64,000 nt of DNA. Origin: Candidatus Hydrogenedentota bacterium. Lineage in GTDB: Bacteria; Hydrogenedentota; Hydrogenedentia; Hydrogenedentales; JAEUWI01. The stretch is from contig JAXMOL010000025.1 in NCBI GenBank assembly GCA_034669905.1, positions 1-64,000 of the forward strand, written 5' to 3'. The notes beneath the pieces are model-generated. The model saw nothing but the letters and a program-made list of their open reading frames with translations. It did no database searches and had not been told where the DNA came from. This document shows positions 9,329 through 20,600 of the stretch, piece after piece (positions within the stretch are counted from its first letter, which is position 1; each line of letters begins with the position of its first letter). The position numbers and the translations under genes were made by a program.

Positions 9329-12300
9329 TCAACTGTCAACTGCTTTTCCTTCCTGCAGTTCATCCAGCAAGACCTGGTAGCGCTCCAGATTCTGGTCCAT
9401 GAGGCTCTTCAGACGCTTCATCTCTTCCGTCTGTTCACGGGTCTCCTTGAAGATGGGCGCGAGCCAACCCTGCATGAGTTTAAACTGCTCACTCATCACG
9501 CCAATCAGGGCCCGGGGCACTTTGGACACCACCTCCACCGAGGTCGTGTGCGGCGTGTCATCCCGCGTGCCCATACTGGCGACGCCGGACTTCATGGCAT
9601 CACAAATCCCTTCAAGCCCATCATTGATACTGCTGAGCTGGAGCAAGACCTGGGCAATAGCCTGGTCGTCACCAAGGCCCTTCATCTTCAAGTTTTTGGT
9701 GAAGGTCTTCTTGATACCCGCCCACCGTTCGGCTTCCGTCTCCGTGAGCGTGCCCGTCAGCTCCTTGAACTTAAGCATATTGGACTCCGCACCACTGGTC
9801 AGGGTCTGGGAATCGCCCTCATAACTGCCATGAATAAGCGTCTTGAGTTCGCCATCGTTCATGATATCCAACACACGCTCGGCAATGCGGTTCATATTCC
9901 GATAAGAACCCTGAAGCTTAAACGCAGGCTCCGTGCGGTAGTCGTCCTGTATACCCGCCGAACGAATGTATTCCTTATTCACTTCCAACACGATATCGCG
10001 CACCGCCAACAACTTCTTCATGACGGCCACCATACTGTTCACTTCGTCCAGGGAGTAGCTGCCCTTGAGGTCAATCCCTTCCTGGCTTCCGCTCTGGGCC
10101 ATACGAATGATGGCATAGACATCTTCCTGACTCTTCATGGCAAGCTGGTTGAGCACCGGATTCGACGTGAGACAGTTCTCGATATAACTCATTTCAAAGT
10201 CATCGACACTGTCGCCGATGATCTCGCCCAGGTTGTAGGTGTCCGCCCGGTTCGCAAGCATATCGGGAATCTGAAACTTCTCGCCACTCTCCGTATAGGG
10301 GTTACCCGCCATGACCACCGCCACCTTTTTACCACGCAAATCATACGTCCGCGTCTGACCCTTGTGTACGCCCTCAATCTTTCGCTGGGCGTCACACAAC
10401 GAGATAAACTTCTGCAAAAACTCGGGATTACAATGCTGGATGTCATCCACGTAGAGCATGACATTGTCGCCCATTTCCAGGGCAAGATTGAGTTTGGCCA
10501 ACTCTTCCCGGGCCGCCGCGTTCGTCGCTTCAGAAGGATCCAGCGACGTGACGTGATGCCCCAGGGCGGGCCCGTTGATCTTCATGAAGATGAGCCCCAG
10601 CCGGTTGGCGATATACTCCATCAGCGTGGTCTTACCATAGCCAGGGGGCGAGATAAGCAGCAGCATGCCCATCCGGTCCGTACGCTTCTGGTCTCCCGCT
10701 GCGCCAATCTGCTTCGCGAAATTATCCCCCACCAGCGGCAGGTAGACATTGTCGATAAGCTTATTGCGTACGAACGACGTCAAGACCCGAGGACGAAATT
10801 CCTCCAGGCGAAGGGACTCGGACTCTTCGGCAACCAGCGATTTCTTCCGGGCCACATAGGCCTCATAACGGGGTACGGTTTCGTGATAGTAAGTCCCCAT
10901 CTTATCCATGAAGGCATTAAAATTGAGCAGATAATTCCCCTCTTCCAGGAGCCCATGACTACCCACCAGTCCCGTGAGCTTTACGGCCGAAGAAGCGTGG
11001 ACCACCCGGGAAATATCGTGGTCCTGCGTCAAGAGCAGCCCCGCCACCTCGTCGATATAGTCCACCTCCTGGGCATCGTCCCGCGTGCGTACGAAGGCCC
11101 GCACCCAATCACGGCACAACAAGAAGGCGCTGTTCGTATCACTACGGGCCGCGTCCAGGGAATCCTTAAACTTCGTCTCACCATCATTCTTCTTCAGATG
11201 GGCTTCAAAATCGAGGTAGAGCCCGTGGGCCTTCTCGCTGATGGCGCCCGCACTGCCAACAACCAGAATCTCGAAGAGATAGCGGGCCGCCTCATCCAGC
11301 CAGCGCACTTCGAAAATATCGCGCTCCACCACGTACCCTTCCATGATCCGCCGAAGCTCTTCCGTGTAGTGGCGCTGGCCTTCCACATCGCCAAAGGTCT
11401 CACGGATAACCCGAAAGCCTTCGAGCGTGGTCGCGATACGTTGCTTCGTCCCTTCATCCTCAAACTGATACCAGAACACCGTGGCCATCGCCCGGGCACG
11501 GGGATGGAAGGACAATAGCCCCAGGGACGCATCCATGGTCAAGAGCGCCTGCAGGAGCAGGGCACCATCGTGGTCGTGCACGCCCTTTACGTAGGACTCC
11601 GCATAGCGGGACCCCATGAATTTCTGTACGAAAGCCTGGAGTTCCTCCGGCGATAAGGCGAGGAGACTTTCCGTATCCGTCCCCTCCCCTTTCCGAGCGG
11701 CCTGGAAAATCAAGTACGCCAGATACTCCGCGCGGTAAACGTCCTTGTTCTCTGAAACGATTTCCTGAGACCAGAGATCCTTGGTGGCGAGAAACTCGGG
11801 GTCTTTGATGGGATCAAAATAGTTGGTGCCCGCAAGGTGGAAATACATTTCCCCATCGCGCATGACGGTGGTCAATGCCAACTCAAAGGTATTGACCGAA
11901 AACTTGTGGGAACCCAGCTTGATGGCGTTCTCGCCACCTTCAAAGAGATCCTGCCGATCTTTCAACTGGCGCACCGCATCTTCGCGGATGGTCTTCAGAC
12001 GACTTTGTACATCGTCGACCTTGACCGTATCACCCAGCTCGCCGAGCTCCGCAATGATGTCCCGCACCTTCTCGATCATCAGGTCGGAAGCGAAGTAGCC
12101 GTGTATCTCTTCGACCGTCTCGAAGGTCTCAATGCGGCTCTTAATACCCTTGAGGATACGGTCCGACGCCTGGGTCAATGCCGTGGCCCGTTTGTTCTGC
12201 TTTTCCTGCAGTTGGATCTTGACCGACTCGAAGGCGTTATAGGCTTCTTCGCGCTTTTCGGTGAGTTGCATTACAAACTCATCGAATTCCGCAAAACGCC

Positions 12301-14494
12301 CTTCCAACTCTTCAATCTGGACCATGACCTTGGTAAGAAACTCGTCACATCGGGCAATGGTGTCGCAGAGATCAATGTAGTTGGCCACCGCCTGATTCAA
12401 CAGCTTAATCTGAGAGTTAAACTCGGCGATACCCTCAGACTTGCCCAGCTCCCGCGTCTTGTTTTTCAGCTTGGAACGGGTCTGGTTCAAGGTGGCAAAA
12501 ATAGCCGAGATGGTGTCGATAATTTCTGTTCGCTGCGTGGCGTCGTCAATCTTGAGATTGCTCACCACATCAATCAGCATTTCCAGGTCGGCGGATTGCT
12601 TGTCGATCTCTTCGGAAAGTTCCTTCGCCACCGCCACCTTCTGAAGACCATCAATCTTGCTACCATGCTCCTCTACCGCCGTCGCGTAGGGCGTAAGGGA
12701 CTCGGGCTTCAGCAGAAATTCCACGCAACGTTGGCCCAGACCTTCGGCTTCCTGGGAGAGCGATTCCTGCAACGCATCCACCGCCGCGAGGTCCATATAC
12801 TTCAGGTCTTTCAACCCAATCACCTTACCCCGGGCCGTCCGCACGCTGGTGAGGGCCGCCACGAAGTCGTGAATCGAATCAAAGGGCCGCGCCAGAATCT
12901 CACGCCGAATTTCCGCCGCTTCGGTCGAAACCGTCCGCAGCTGCTCCGATGCGTTGCGACGGGCATTGGAGACCTTCTCAAATTCACTGATGGCCGCCTG
13001 GGCCGCTTCCCGTATCTGGAGCAGGTCCGCCTTCAAATTAAAGGTCGCCTCATCACCAATCCAGTGGTAGGCATCAAACATGCCACTCACTTTTTTGGTG
13101 ATGTCCCCATAGAGATTGGCGTAGCTGTCTTCTTTGGCGATGAGGTTCAGCACCTCATTGCAATCTGCCATGCCCCGGACAATGTCTTTGTTTCCGATTT
13201 TGAAAAGCATGGAATCGGACTTGGCATCCAGCGGCAAATCCGCGCTGCGGTAGGGTGTCTGCCAAATCTGGAGGGCATGATTCCGCTGGGGTTCCGGACT
13301 ACTCTTGAAGTAGAGCAGCTCGCCGTTCTGAAAGGAAGAATAACCATTGCAGGGTATGGGCGTTTCCACACTCTGGGTAATGACGTTGTAGGATAACAAG
13401 ACATAATCGCCCAGATTGCGGTTGTAGAAGATGTAGAGATAGTCTTCCCCATTGGGCGAGGCGACACGCTTTTCAAAAAGCATGTCCTTCAGCCCCGCTC
13501 CAAAGGCTTTCTGCTCGCCCGTTTGCAGGACGTAGCCATTGGCATAAATAAGCCCGTGCTCTTCTGGTAACAGCACGCAGGATTCCTGGATGGCGTCCAG
13601 CCGGTAGACCTGCTGGTTCTTTTCGCAATACACGAAATAGCGCCAGGCCTCCTCCTGGTATGGCCGGATCTTGAGGAGGATCAGGTTCCCCACCAGGGCG
13701 TAGAAAAACTCGGCATCATCCAGCGTCTGGTCCGCATTGTCTACGTCTTCGGCGTAAATACCCAGACCCGACTCGGTGTTGTTTTCCACCTTGATGGTCA
13801 GGTCGCCGCCCACGGTCTCTACGAAGAGGCGGTCGTCAATAGATACATGGGGGTGGCGCCCGTGGTAATGCATATCCCGATGGGTACGAATCCACTCGAA
13901 ATCATGCTGGGGCGGAAAGCGGTATTCGTGCTCACTCCGGTTATCGAGGTAGACGAGGGCATCCCCATCGAAGGTCCATTTGAAGACCTTGATATCGGTA
14001 ACGCCCTTCCCGACACGAAACACCATGAAGAGGTTGGGGCCGATAATCGAGAACTTCGCAAACACCGTATTCTTGTAGTACTTGAAGAGCTCCTGAAAAT
14101 CCCGTTCAAAGTTTTCGTCCCGGATCAGGTCCATGGACTCACGCACGAGGGTGTGTCCATCCAGCCGGTAGACCGAGAACACATCCTCCAGGGAAATCTG
14201 AGACTTCAATCCGATATGGACATTGTACCCAAAGATAAAGCGCTCGCCCACGGGCACGATATCCCGCGCGATACAACTGTTGTCGGTGGTGATATGCTCC
14301 GTCGTGAGCAGCTTCGTCTCAATGGCGCCGAAGACATCCTTCCGCGCGCCATTGAGCTGCTCCAGCCGCCCCTGCAGGGCCCGGCCCGCCTTGGCGAGGC
14401 GGTTTCGTATGATTTCATACGTCCCCGCCTCCAGGCCTGCCGCCACACTCTCTTCGGCACTGGCAGCCTCGGCCGTTTGTTCCGGCTCAGCCAT
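9329..14494 (-). CDS. Giant AAA+ ATPase ('DNA repair ATPase', DUF3686-type N-terminus, long helical/coiled-coil middle)
   Basis: 1721 aa; Walker A SPPGYGKTT, Walker B MLYVDD, sensor-1 MAGNPY, probable Arg finger LANRAD; directly downstream of a flotillin gene. Confidence 0.85.
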   Translation of the reverse strand: MAEPEQTAEAASAEESVAAGLEAGTYEIIRNRLAKAGRALQGRLEQLNGARKDVFGAIETKLLTTEHITTDNSCIARDIVPVGERFIFGYNVHIGLKSQISLEDVFSVYRLDGHTLVRESMDLIRDENFERDFQELFKYYKNTVFAKFSIIGPNLFMVFRVGKGVTDIKVFKWTFDGDALVYLDNRSEHEYRFPPQHDFEWIRTHRDMHYHGRHPHVSIDDRLFVETVGGDLTIKVENNTESGLGIYAEDVDNADQTLDDAEFFYALVGNLILLKIRPYQEEAWRYFVYCEKNQQVYRLDAIQESCVLLPEEHGLIYANGYVLQTGEQKAFGAGLKDMLFEKRVASPNGEDYLYIFYNRNLGDYVLLSYNVITQSVETPIPCNGYSSFQNGELLYFKSSPEPQRNHALQIWQTPYRSADLPLDAKSDSMLFKIGNKDIVRGMADCNEVLNLIAKEDSYANLYGDITKKVSGMFDAYHWIGDEATFNLKADLLQIREAAQAAISEFEKVSNARRNASEQLRTVSTEAAEIRREILARPFDSIHDFVAALTSVRTARGKVIGLKDLKYMDLAAVDALQESLSQEAEGLGQRCVEFLLKPESLTPYATAVEEHGSKIDGLQKVAVAKELSEEIDKQSADLEMLIDVVSNLKIDDATQRTEIIDTISAIFATLNQTRSKLKNKTRELGKSEGIAEFNSQIKLLNQAVANYIDLCDTIARCDEFLTKVMVQIEELEGRFAEFDEFVMQLTEKREEAYNAFESVKIQLQEKQNKRATALTQASDRILKGIKSRIETFETVEEIHGYFASDLMIEKVRDIIAELGELGDTVKVDDVQSRLKTIREDAVRQLKDRQDLFEGGENAIKLGSHKFSVNTFELALTTVMRDGEMYFHLAGTNYFDPIKDPEFLATKDLWSQEIVSENKDVYRAEYLAYLIFQAARKGEGTDTESLLALSPEELQAFVQKFMGSRYAESYVKGVHDHDGALLLQALLTMDASLGLLSFHPRARAMATVFWYQFEDEGTKQRIATTLEGFRVIRETFGDVEGQRHYTEELRRIMEGYVVERDIFEVRWLDEAARYLFEILVVGSAGAISEKAHGLYLDFEAHLKKNDGETKFKDSLDAARSDTNSAFLLCRDWVRAFVRTRDDAQEVDYIDEVAGLLLTQDHDISRVVHASSAVKLTGLVGSHGLLEEGNYLLNFNAFMDKMGTYYHETVPRYEAYVARKKSLVAEESESLRLEEFRPRVLTSFVRNKLIDNVYLPLVGDNFAKQIGAAGDQKRTDRMGMLLLISPPGYGKTTLMEYIANRLGLIFMKINGPALGHHVTSLDPSEATNAAAREELAKLNLALEMGDNVMLYVDDIQHCNPEFLQKFISLCDAQRKIEGVHKGQTRTYDLRGKKVAVVMAGNPYTESGEKFQIPDMLANRADTYNLGEIIGDSVDDFEMSYIENCLTSNPVLNQLAMKSQEDVYAIIRMAQSGSQEGIDLKGSYSLDEVNSMVAVMKKLLAVRDIVLEVNKEYIRSAGIQDDYRTEPAFKLQGSYRNMNRIAERVLDIMNDGELKTLIHGSYEGDSQTLTSGAESNMLKFKELTGTLTETEAERWAGIKKTFTKNLKMKGLGDDQAIAQVLLQLSSINDGLEGICDAMKSGVASMGTRDDTPHTTSVEVVSKVPRALIGVMSEQFKLMQGWLAPIFKETREQTEEMKRLKSLMDQNLERYQVLLDELQEGKAVDS

Positions 14495-14554
14495 GTGTAA
14501 TCCTCCTGGTTGGATTCATCACGTTATCTGCCTGTACTACCCGCTTCGTGCGGT

Positions 14555-16555
14555 CTAGCAGATTTGGCTGATAGTCTTGTCACTGAAGCCCAGCTGCTGG
14601 GCCAACCCGGCGAGCATGGTGAACTCGTTGGCATCACCCGGCGCATCGGCCATGTTCTTCATCTTGTTCAGCAGGGCAGCGATGGAGAGGTTCTTCACGT
14701 CTTCGCTGTCGATGCCGAACTGGTCGGTGAAATGCTCCATCCGGGCCTTGAAATACTCGGGATCCCCATTGAAGAAGGTGTTCTTCACATCCGTGAGGGC
14801 CTGGCTGTTGTTCACCCAGCGGTCAACTGCCTTACCCGAGGTAATGGCATGGGTAATCTTATCGAAGAACTCGGTCTCACCACCCACGATATCGATCTTG
14901 GCCGTCTGGAGGGCCTGGGCAATGATGGAGGCCTGCTGCTGCGCAATCTCACGCTGCGCGTCGATGGCCGCCAGGTCGATGGCTTTCTCTTTCTCGAGGT
15001 GGAGCTTGAACTCTTCGTGTTCCCGGCCCACCGCGTTGAAGAGCTTCATGGCCTCGGCCTTGTCCGTAATACCCTTGGCATCGGCCTCAAACTTAAGCTG
15101 CATCACGTTGGCTTCGGCGGTACCCTGCTTCTCCGTGGCCTCCGCGTGGGCTTCCAGGCCCTTGGCCTCGGCTACCGCCTTGCGCTCGATAACCTGCGCC
15201 TCGGCCAGGCCGGCTGCGGCCTGCTCGGCGGTGATACCTTCCGCCAGCATCTTCTTGCCCACGGCTTCGCGCTCGCTCGCATCCCGCAGGGCTTCGGCCG
15301 AGATAACCGTCTCTTCCGCACCAAATCGGGCCGCGTCACGCCGCGCTTCGGCCGCCTTGATCTCTTTGACCAAGGATTCCTGGGCGTCTTTCTCGGCCGC
15401 CGTAATGGCCACCTTCTTCGCACGGTCTGCCGTGGCAAATTCCTGCGTATCCTTGATCCGTTCCTGCTCTTCCACCACCGCCCGCTCCACGATAACCCGC
15501 TCGCGAATCACATCCTGGATGGCCTTCTTCTCGACTTCGATGGCCTTTTCTTTCTCGATATCGGCCAGGGCCACCACCCGTTCGCGCTCCGTGGCTTCCA
15601 GCATACGGTCCTTCTCTACGCGCTCCTTCTCCACCTGATCCGTCCGCTCTTTGTTGCGCAATGCCACAATCACCTGACGGTCCTTGTTCTCGTTCGCAAT
15701 GGCCACTTCTTCTTCCGTGGTGATACGCGCCCGCTCCGACTTCAGGCGTTCTTCTTCCTTAATCTTTGCGGCCTCGGCCACTTCGCGGGCCTGAATCGAC
15801 TCAATCTCACGCAACTGCTTGGCTTCCGCTTCGGCCTGTTGCTTCTCCAATTCTAGGATCGCTTCCCGCGCTTCCACGTCCTGTTTCTTGATGGTCTTCT
15901 CTTTGTCGCGGGTAATATTATTCGCAAGCACCTGCTGCTGGGCCGTCAGGTCGGTGATCTTCTTGATACCTTCCGAATCCAGAATGTTGTTCGGGTCGAG
16001 CTGGCTCATGGGCGTTTGTTCGAGATAATCGATGGCCGCATCGTCGAGGATATAGCCATTCAAATCCCGACCAATAATCTTGAGGATTTCGTCTTTAAAC
16101 TCTTCCCGCGAGGTGTAGAGCGCAATAAACTCAAACTTCTTACCCACGCTTTTCAGCGCTTCGGAGAACTTCGCTTCAAAGAGCTCTTCCAACTTCTCCG
16201 TCTCGGAGGCCCGCACCGCACCGATGGACTGGGCCACCTTGAGCACGTCTTCCTCGTTATTGTTTACGCGCACGAAGAAGGCCACCTTAATATCGGCGCG
16301 GACGTTGTCCATGCAGACCAGGCCCTGGGGCCCGTGGCGGAAGATCTCGATGCGCCGGACCGAAATATCCATTATTTCCGACTTCCGGATCAGCGGAAGC
16401 ACGATGGCCTTCGAAAAGTGGACGGTAGGCTTCTTGCCACCCGTGATAATGAGCGCGGTCCCCTGGTCCACCTTGCGCCAGCAACGGATGACCATCGCCA
16501 TGATTCCCACCGCAATCAAGACGGCCGCACCAATCAGAAATTGAATAATCGCCAT
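14555..16555 (-). CDS. Flotillin / SPFH-domain membrane protein (YqiK-like)
   Basis: N-terminal TM helix, SPFH motif (CMDNVRADIKVAFFVRVN), long E/A/K-rich coiled coil, IDIVGGE near the C-terminus. ATG 16555 preceded by GAGGAG. Confidence 0.9.
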   Translation of the reverse strand: MAIIQFLIGAAVLIAVGIMAMVIRCWRKVDQGTALIITGGKKPTVHFSKAIVLPLIRKSEIMDISVRRIEIFRHGPQGLVCMDNVRADIKVAFFVRVNNNEEDVLKVAQSIGAVRASETEKLEELFEAKFSEALKSVGKKFEFIALYTSREEFKDEILKIIGRDLNGYILDDAAIDYLEQTPMSQLDPNNILDSEGIKKITDLTAQQQVLANNITRDKEKTIKKQDVEAREAILELEKQQAEAEAKQLREIESIQAREVAEAAKIKEEERLKSERARITTEEEVAIANENKDRQVIVALRNKERTDQVEKERVEKDRMLEATERERVVALADIEKEKAIEVEKKAIQDVIRERVIVERAVVEEQERIKDTQEFATADRAKKVAITAAEKDAQESLVKEIKAAEARRDAARFGAEETVISAEALRDASEREAVGKKMLAEGITAEQAAAGLAEAQVIERKAVAEAKGLEAHAEATEKQGTAEANVMQLKFEADAKGITDKAEAMKLFNAVGREHEEFKLHLEKEKAIDLAAIDAQREIAQQQASIIAQALQTAKIDIVGGETEFFDKITHAITSGKAVDRWVNNSQALTDVKNTFFNGDPEYFKARMEHFTDQFGIDSEDVKNLSIAALLNKMKNMADAPGDANEFTMLAGLAQQLGFSDKTISQIC

Positions 16556-16664
16556 GAATCTACTCTCCTCTAAAATCGCTCTCCGTCGACAGGGTCGCAC
16601 CCGAGCGTCAATCCCCAATTAGAACTGCGGCACCAACATAGCGCGCAGCCAAACGATATACACT

Positions 16665-17330
16665 TCAGTCTTTCGTTACATTCGCATCGCCGTCAAAGGG
16701 CGCGATGAGATAGATACCATCTTCCTCTTTGGCAAACACCACGGCCTCCTGCCCTTTTTCCATGACAACCCCGGCACCCGTCCGCACGTTGAGTAACAAG
16801 GGCGAGCCTTTCAAGGGCACCTCCGCCTGTCCGTGTTTCTCGGTCGCCTCAAGCGAACTCACGACGCATAGTTTTCCGATGACCGGGATGGTATCGCTGC
16901 TCTCATCGAAGGCCTTCTTGAGCAAGGGTACAAAGGGCATGAGAACGATTTTCGTGGTCACGATACCGCCAAGCAGGATAGGGATGGAGATGAGTACCAC
17001 CATCATCTCGCTGACCGGCCCCAGAAAACGGTTGGCCAGCAGGGAATAAGCCCACATAACCGCGCTGAGCACCGAGGCAATGACCGTGACAGGTACGTCG
17101 GCTGCATAAACAAACCGCATGAGGGCACCCAGTATGGACCCTCCCCCGTCGCCCACGCCATCAAGCTCCCCTCCGGCATCTCCGTCTATGTCGGCATCCA
17201 GGTCGAAATCAAGCAGGTCGGAGCCTACAACCCCCACCAGATAAGACGCCCAGTAAAACAGGCACAACCCAAATAACATCGTATAGGGCAGATTAACCGG
17301 TCGGATGGATTCCTGAAACAATTCGTACAT
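16665..17330 (-). CDS. YqiJ-like / NfeD-type OB-fold membrane protein
   Basis: TM helix, acidic DFDLDADIDGD linker, two more TM helices, C-terminal beta-rich domain (VIGKLCVV..GQAEV..LLLNVR); directly upstream of the flotillin gene. Confidence 0.75.
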   Translation of the reverse strand: MYELFQESIRPVNLPYTMLFGLCLFYWASYLVGVVGSDLLDFDLDADIDGDAGGELDGVGDGGGSILGALMRFVYAADVPVTVIASVLSAVMWAYSLLANRFLGPVSEMMVVLISIPILLGGIVTTKIVLMPFVPLLKKAFDESSDTIPVIGKLCVVSSLEATEKHGQAEVPLKGSPLLLNVRTGAGVVMEKGQEAVVFAKEEDGIYLIAPFDGDANVTKD

Positions 17331-17611
17331 GAACAGCCCTCCACAAGGCACCCGACCCGAACACCCAATTTGTTCAGTACCCGGATGCAGCAGCACAATC
17401 CGTAGCGATCTTCCCTACCCGAAAGTACGAAAAACCCCGACGCCCAAGAAAGCACCATCTTGACACGAACACCCGCGGGCGTTCAATGGCGAATCCAGGT
17501 CCCCACCGCCCGTAAACACCGTGCGACAGGTACCTTAACTACCGCCAGCGTCGCCATTTTATTCGATAGGAATCCGGAATCCGCGCCCGGCGACGCCCCC
17601 GCCCCTGGCGT

Positions 17612-20600
17612 TCATTCGCCCCACAGGTCCACCGACGAAGTAATTCCGTAGGGAATGACCCGGTCCAGACCAAAGACGGACTGGCGAGTCGCCTGGGTAA
17701 AGCTCTTTCCCATACCCCGGACGGGGCTCTGCCACTGGTTGTTCATCATTTCGCGCCAGAAATCCAGGTAGACCGGGTCACCCGTTTCTTCGTAGGCGAA
17801 AGCCACTGCTTCCGCATTGAGCGCGCAGGTCATCCCCCGCGTGCCTTTGCCGCGATACTTCGGCGCGTTGGTGATGTAGACAAATCCATTACCCGGCTCC
17901 CAGGATTCCTTCATGAGCCAGTCGGCCCCACGGACCAGCATATGGTTTACCTCGGGCCGCTCCATAGGTTCTACATCCACATAGCGCAACAGACCATGGG
18001 TGAGGATACCCACCGCAAAGGCTTTGCCGCCAAGCACGGGCACATTATCGGTTTCCCCCTTGGGCGGTGTGTGCAACCACCCGCCCGAATCCGGGTCTTG
18101 CCGAATCAGACAGCGCTCCACCATGATGCGCGCCGCATTCAGATAATAGGGGTTTCCGCTGAACAGGTACGCGTTGCTGGCATTGATAAGGGGCCACCCG
18201 CCCGATCGTTCAATCCCGAAATCGAAATCCGGCGTAAGCAGGCTGGCCTGATTGTCACAAACCCGTTCCGCCACATCGCGCAACCAGGGGTCGCCTGTCA
18301 GTGCGGCATAAAGCCACACGCCCTGCTCAAAGATGTGGCCCTGGCGATCCATGGCACCGCGAAGCATCCATTCGTAGCGCTTCAGATAGGATTGCATCGC
18401 CTTGTCGCTCTCCGGCACGCGGAGCGCCTCGGCGGGACGACGCGTGCCCACATGATTAAAGGAGTGCTCCCACACCAGCCCGTTTTGCTTCGCGGCGTAT
18501 TCCGCGAGAATCGTATCCACCGTGCTGTAGTGGCGGGCCATCTCAAGACCCCGCTCGAAATACCGTGGCTCACCGGTGCGCATCCACTGCATGCCGAGCG
18601 CCCAATCGAGGGCGTACTCGTTGTTACCGAAGTTATTGCCCCGCTCCCCATACCAATCGCCAAAGTGCATCCAGCCATAGGTGCGACGCTGCTCGCGGTC
18701 CGCTGTAAAGGCGTCAAAACCCGCCTCAAAGAATGCCTCGTAGTCGTCCCACAACCCTTCCGTTCGCGGAAACAGGGGCCGCCCCAACACGCCTGTGGCA
18801 CAGAGATAGGCCGGCGCTGCCTGGGGCAAGAGCGGCTCCCGGAACCATTCCCCCATCTCCGCCGTGTCAGTCCCCGGCGCACCATAATGAACAAAAACCT
18901 CATGCTGGGTAGCCTGCCCCGCGCGGAAGAGGTACTTCCCCTCCTGATTCCACGAATACAGCTTGTAGTACCACGGGCGATCTTCTTCGCCATCATAGGT
19001 ATCAGGCTTCAATTCGGGCAACAGCCGCACGTGGATACCGTCGGGCTTAATCGCCCCGCCACTGGGGTAGGTTTCCCAGAAATCACGGAGCACCACGGTC
19101 GCCCGGGTCCGACTATCCTCGGCCACCATCACCCCCTGGGACCGCTCCCCTTCTGCCAGCGCGCTGCCATTCCACAGGGCAAAGTGATTGTCTTTTTCCT
19201 GATGAATCCAGAGGCTATCCTTGTCGGGAACAGGCACCATGGGAGCGCCATCAAAGGCGCCCTGGATTCCCCCTTCGCCATCCAGCGGTACGCGGAGGGC
19301 AAGGGAAGTCAGTGCGCGAAACGTGGGATGCTTCTGCTCGTTGATGACGGTCACGTTGACCGCCATCGCAGGTAACCCCTTCCACAGCCGCACACGCAGG
19401 AGGTACGACCAGCCCGATGCCCCTTCCCCGTTAATCAGGGGACCCGACCACGTGATACGGGCCGCGACGGGACCATTCTGCTCGATCGAAAAGCTGCCGG
19501 GCGCGGGTGCACCGCAGGTGTAAATGCCACCCTCTTCGTCCACGAGCCGCAGGTTGGCCCCCAGGGGCTCCTGTTTGATTCGTTCGTCGTCCGTTACCGC
19601 ACCATCGCCATTCCGGTCATAGCCCACGTTGTGAAAGAGAGCGGGCACTTTTTTAGCCAGATCAAAGGCGAGACTATCGGTATGAATCCGCCACTGGGCG
19701 TTGTCCTCTTCAACCCGAAGGAGGTCCGCTCCCCGGGGGGCCGTCGGGCCGTCGGTACGCAGGACGTAGTCGTCCGCCCCATCGCCGCCACTGTCTGCAA
19801 GCCACGACAGGGTCGCCCACTTCACACTGCCATCGGGCCATCGGGAAAAACACTCGGCCTGCAGGGGCGACTGCCCTCCTTCTCTTCGGGCAAGTGACAG
19901 GTCGGAAACGCTGGCCAGGGTGCCTTGGGCGAAGGGCATGCCGATGGTCGCGGGCCAGGCTTTCCGCAGGTGCCCCGTTGGCTCTGCTATGGCGATGGGG
20001 ATTTCTAAGGACTTGGACTTCTCCGGTACCGGGGGCGCGGCCCTGAACGTGAAGGGTGCGGAAACAATATCCTGCCCATCGCACGACGTGACAATCTGGG
20101 CATCGTAGGATTGCGTCGGGTCCAGCCCCGACAAGCGCACCCGGTGATTCCGCCCGACGTAGCTCTCCCCCTCCGTCTTGTGATTTCGTTCTCCAACACC
20201 ATAAGTCACCAGCCCCGTTTCCACACTACGATCCGTGGTCCAACAAAGATCCACCACACCCGGCTCCGGACTCCAAACCTCCACATGCTGGATGGTCGGC
20301 GGCGGTGAGGCGATAAATTCGGACGAAACGTACAGCGCATTCACCCGATAGTAATCCAAGGTCGTTTTACAGGTGAAGCGGAGCGTGTCCCCCTTCGATA
20401 CCTTCAGCGGTTCACGGAGAGAAAACAGGACATCGTTACCCGACTGGTCCGCGACGATGCAACCGATTTCTTCCCCCTTAAAAGTCACGGTCAACTGCTC
20501 GACCCCGTCGACGTCGTCCATCATGGCCAGCGCGACATAGTACGTACCGGCGCGGTCAAAGGTATAGCTGAACGCGTCCCCCACATGTTCCCCTCGTATT

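Noticed and set aside
9548..15856. Long + strand ORFs (656, 519, 448 and 353 aa)
   Set aside because: Antisense shadows of the ATPase and flotillin genes, expected in GC-rich DNA.
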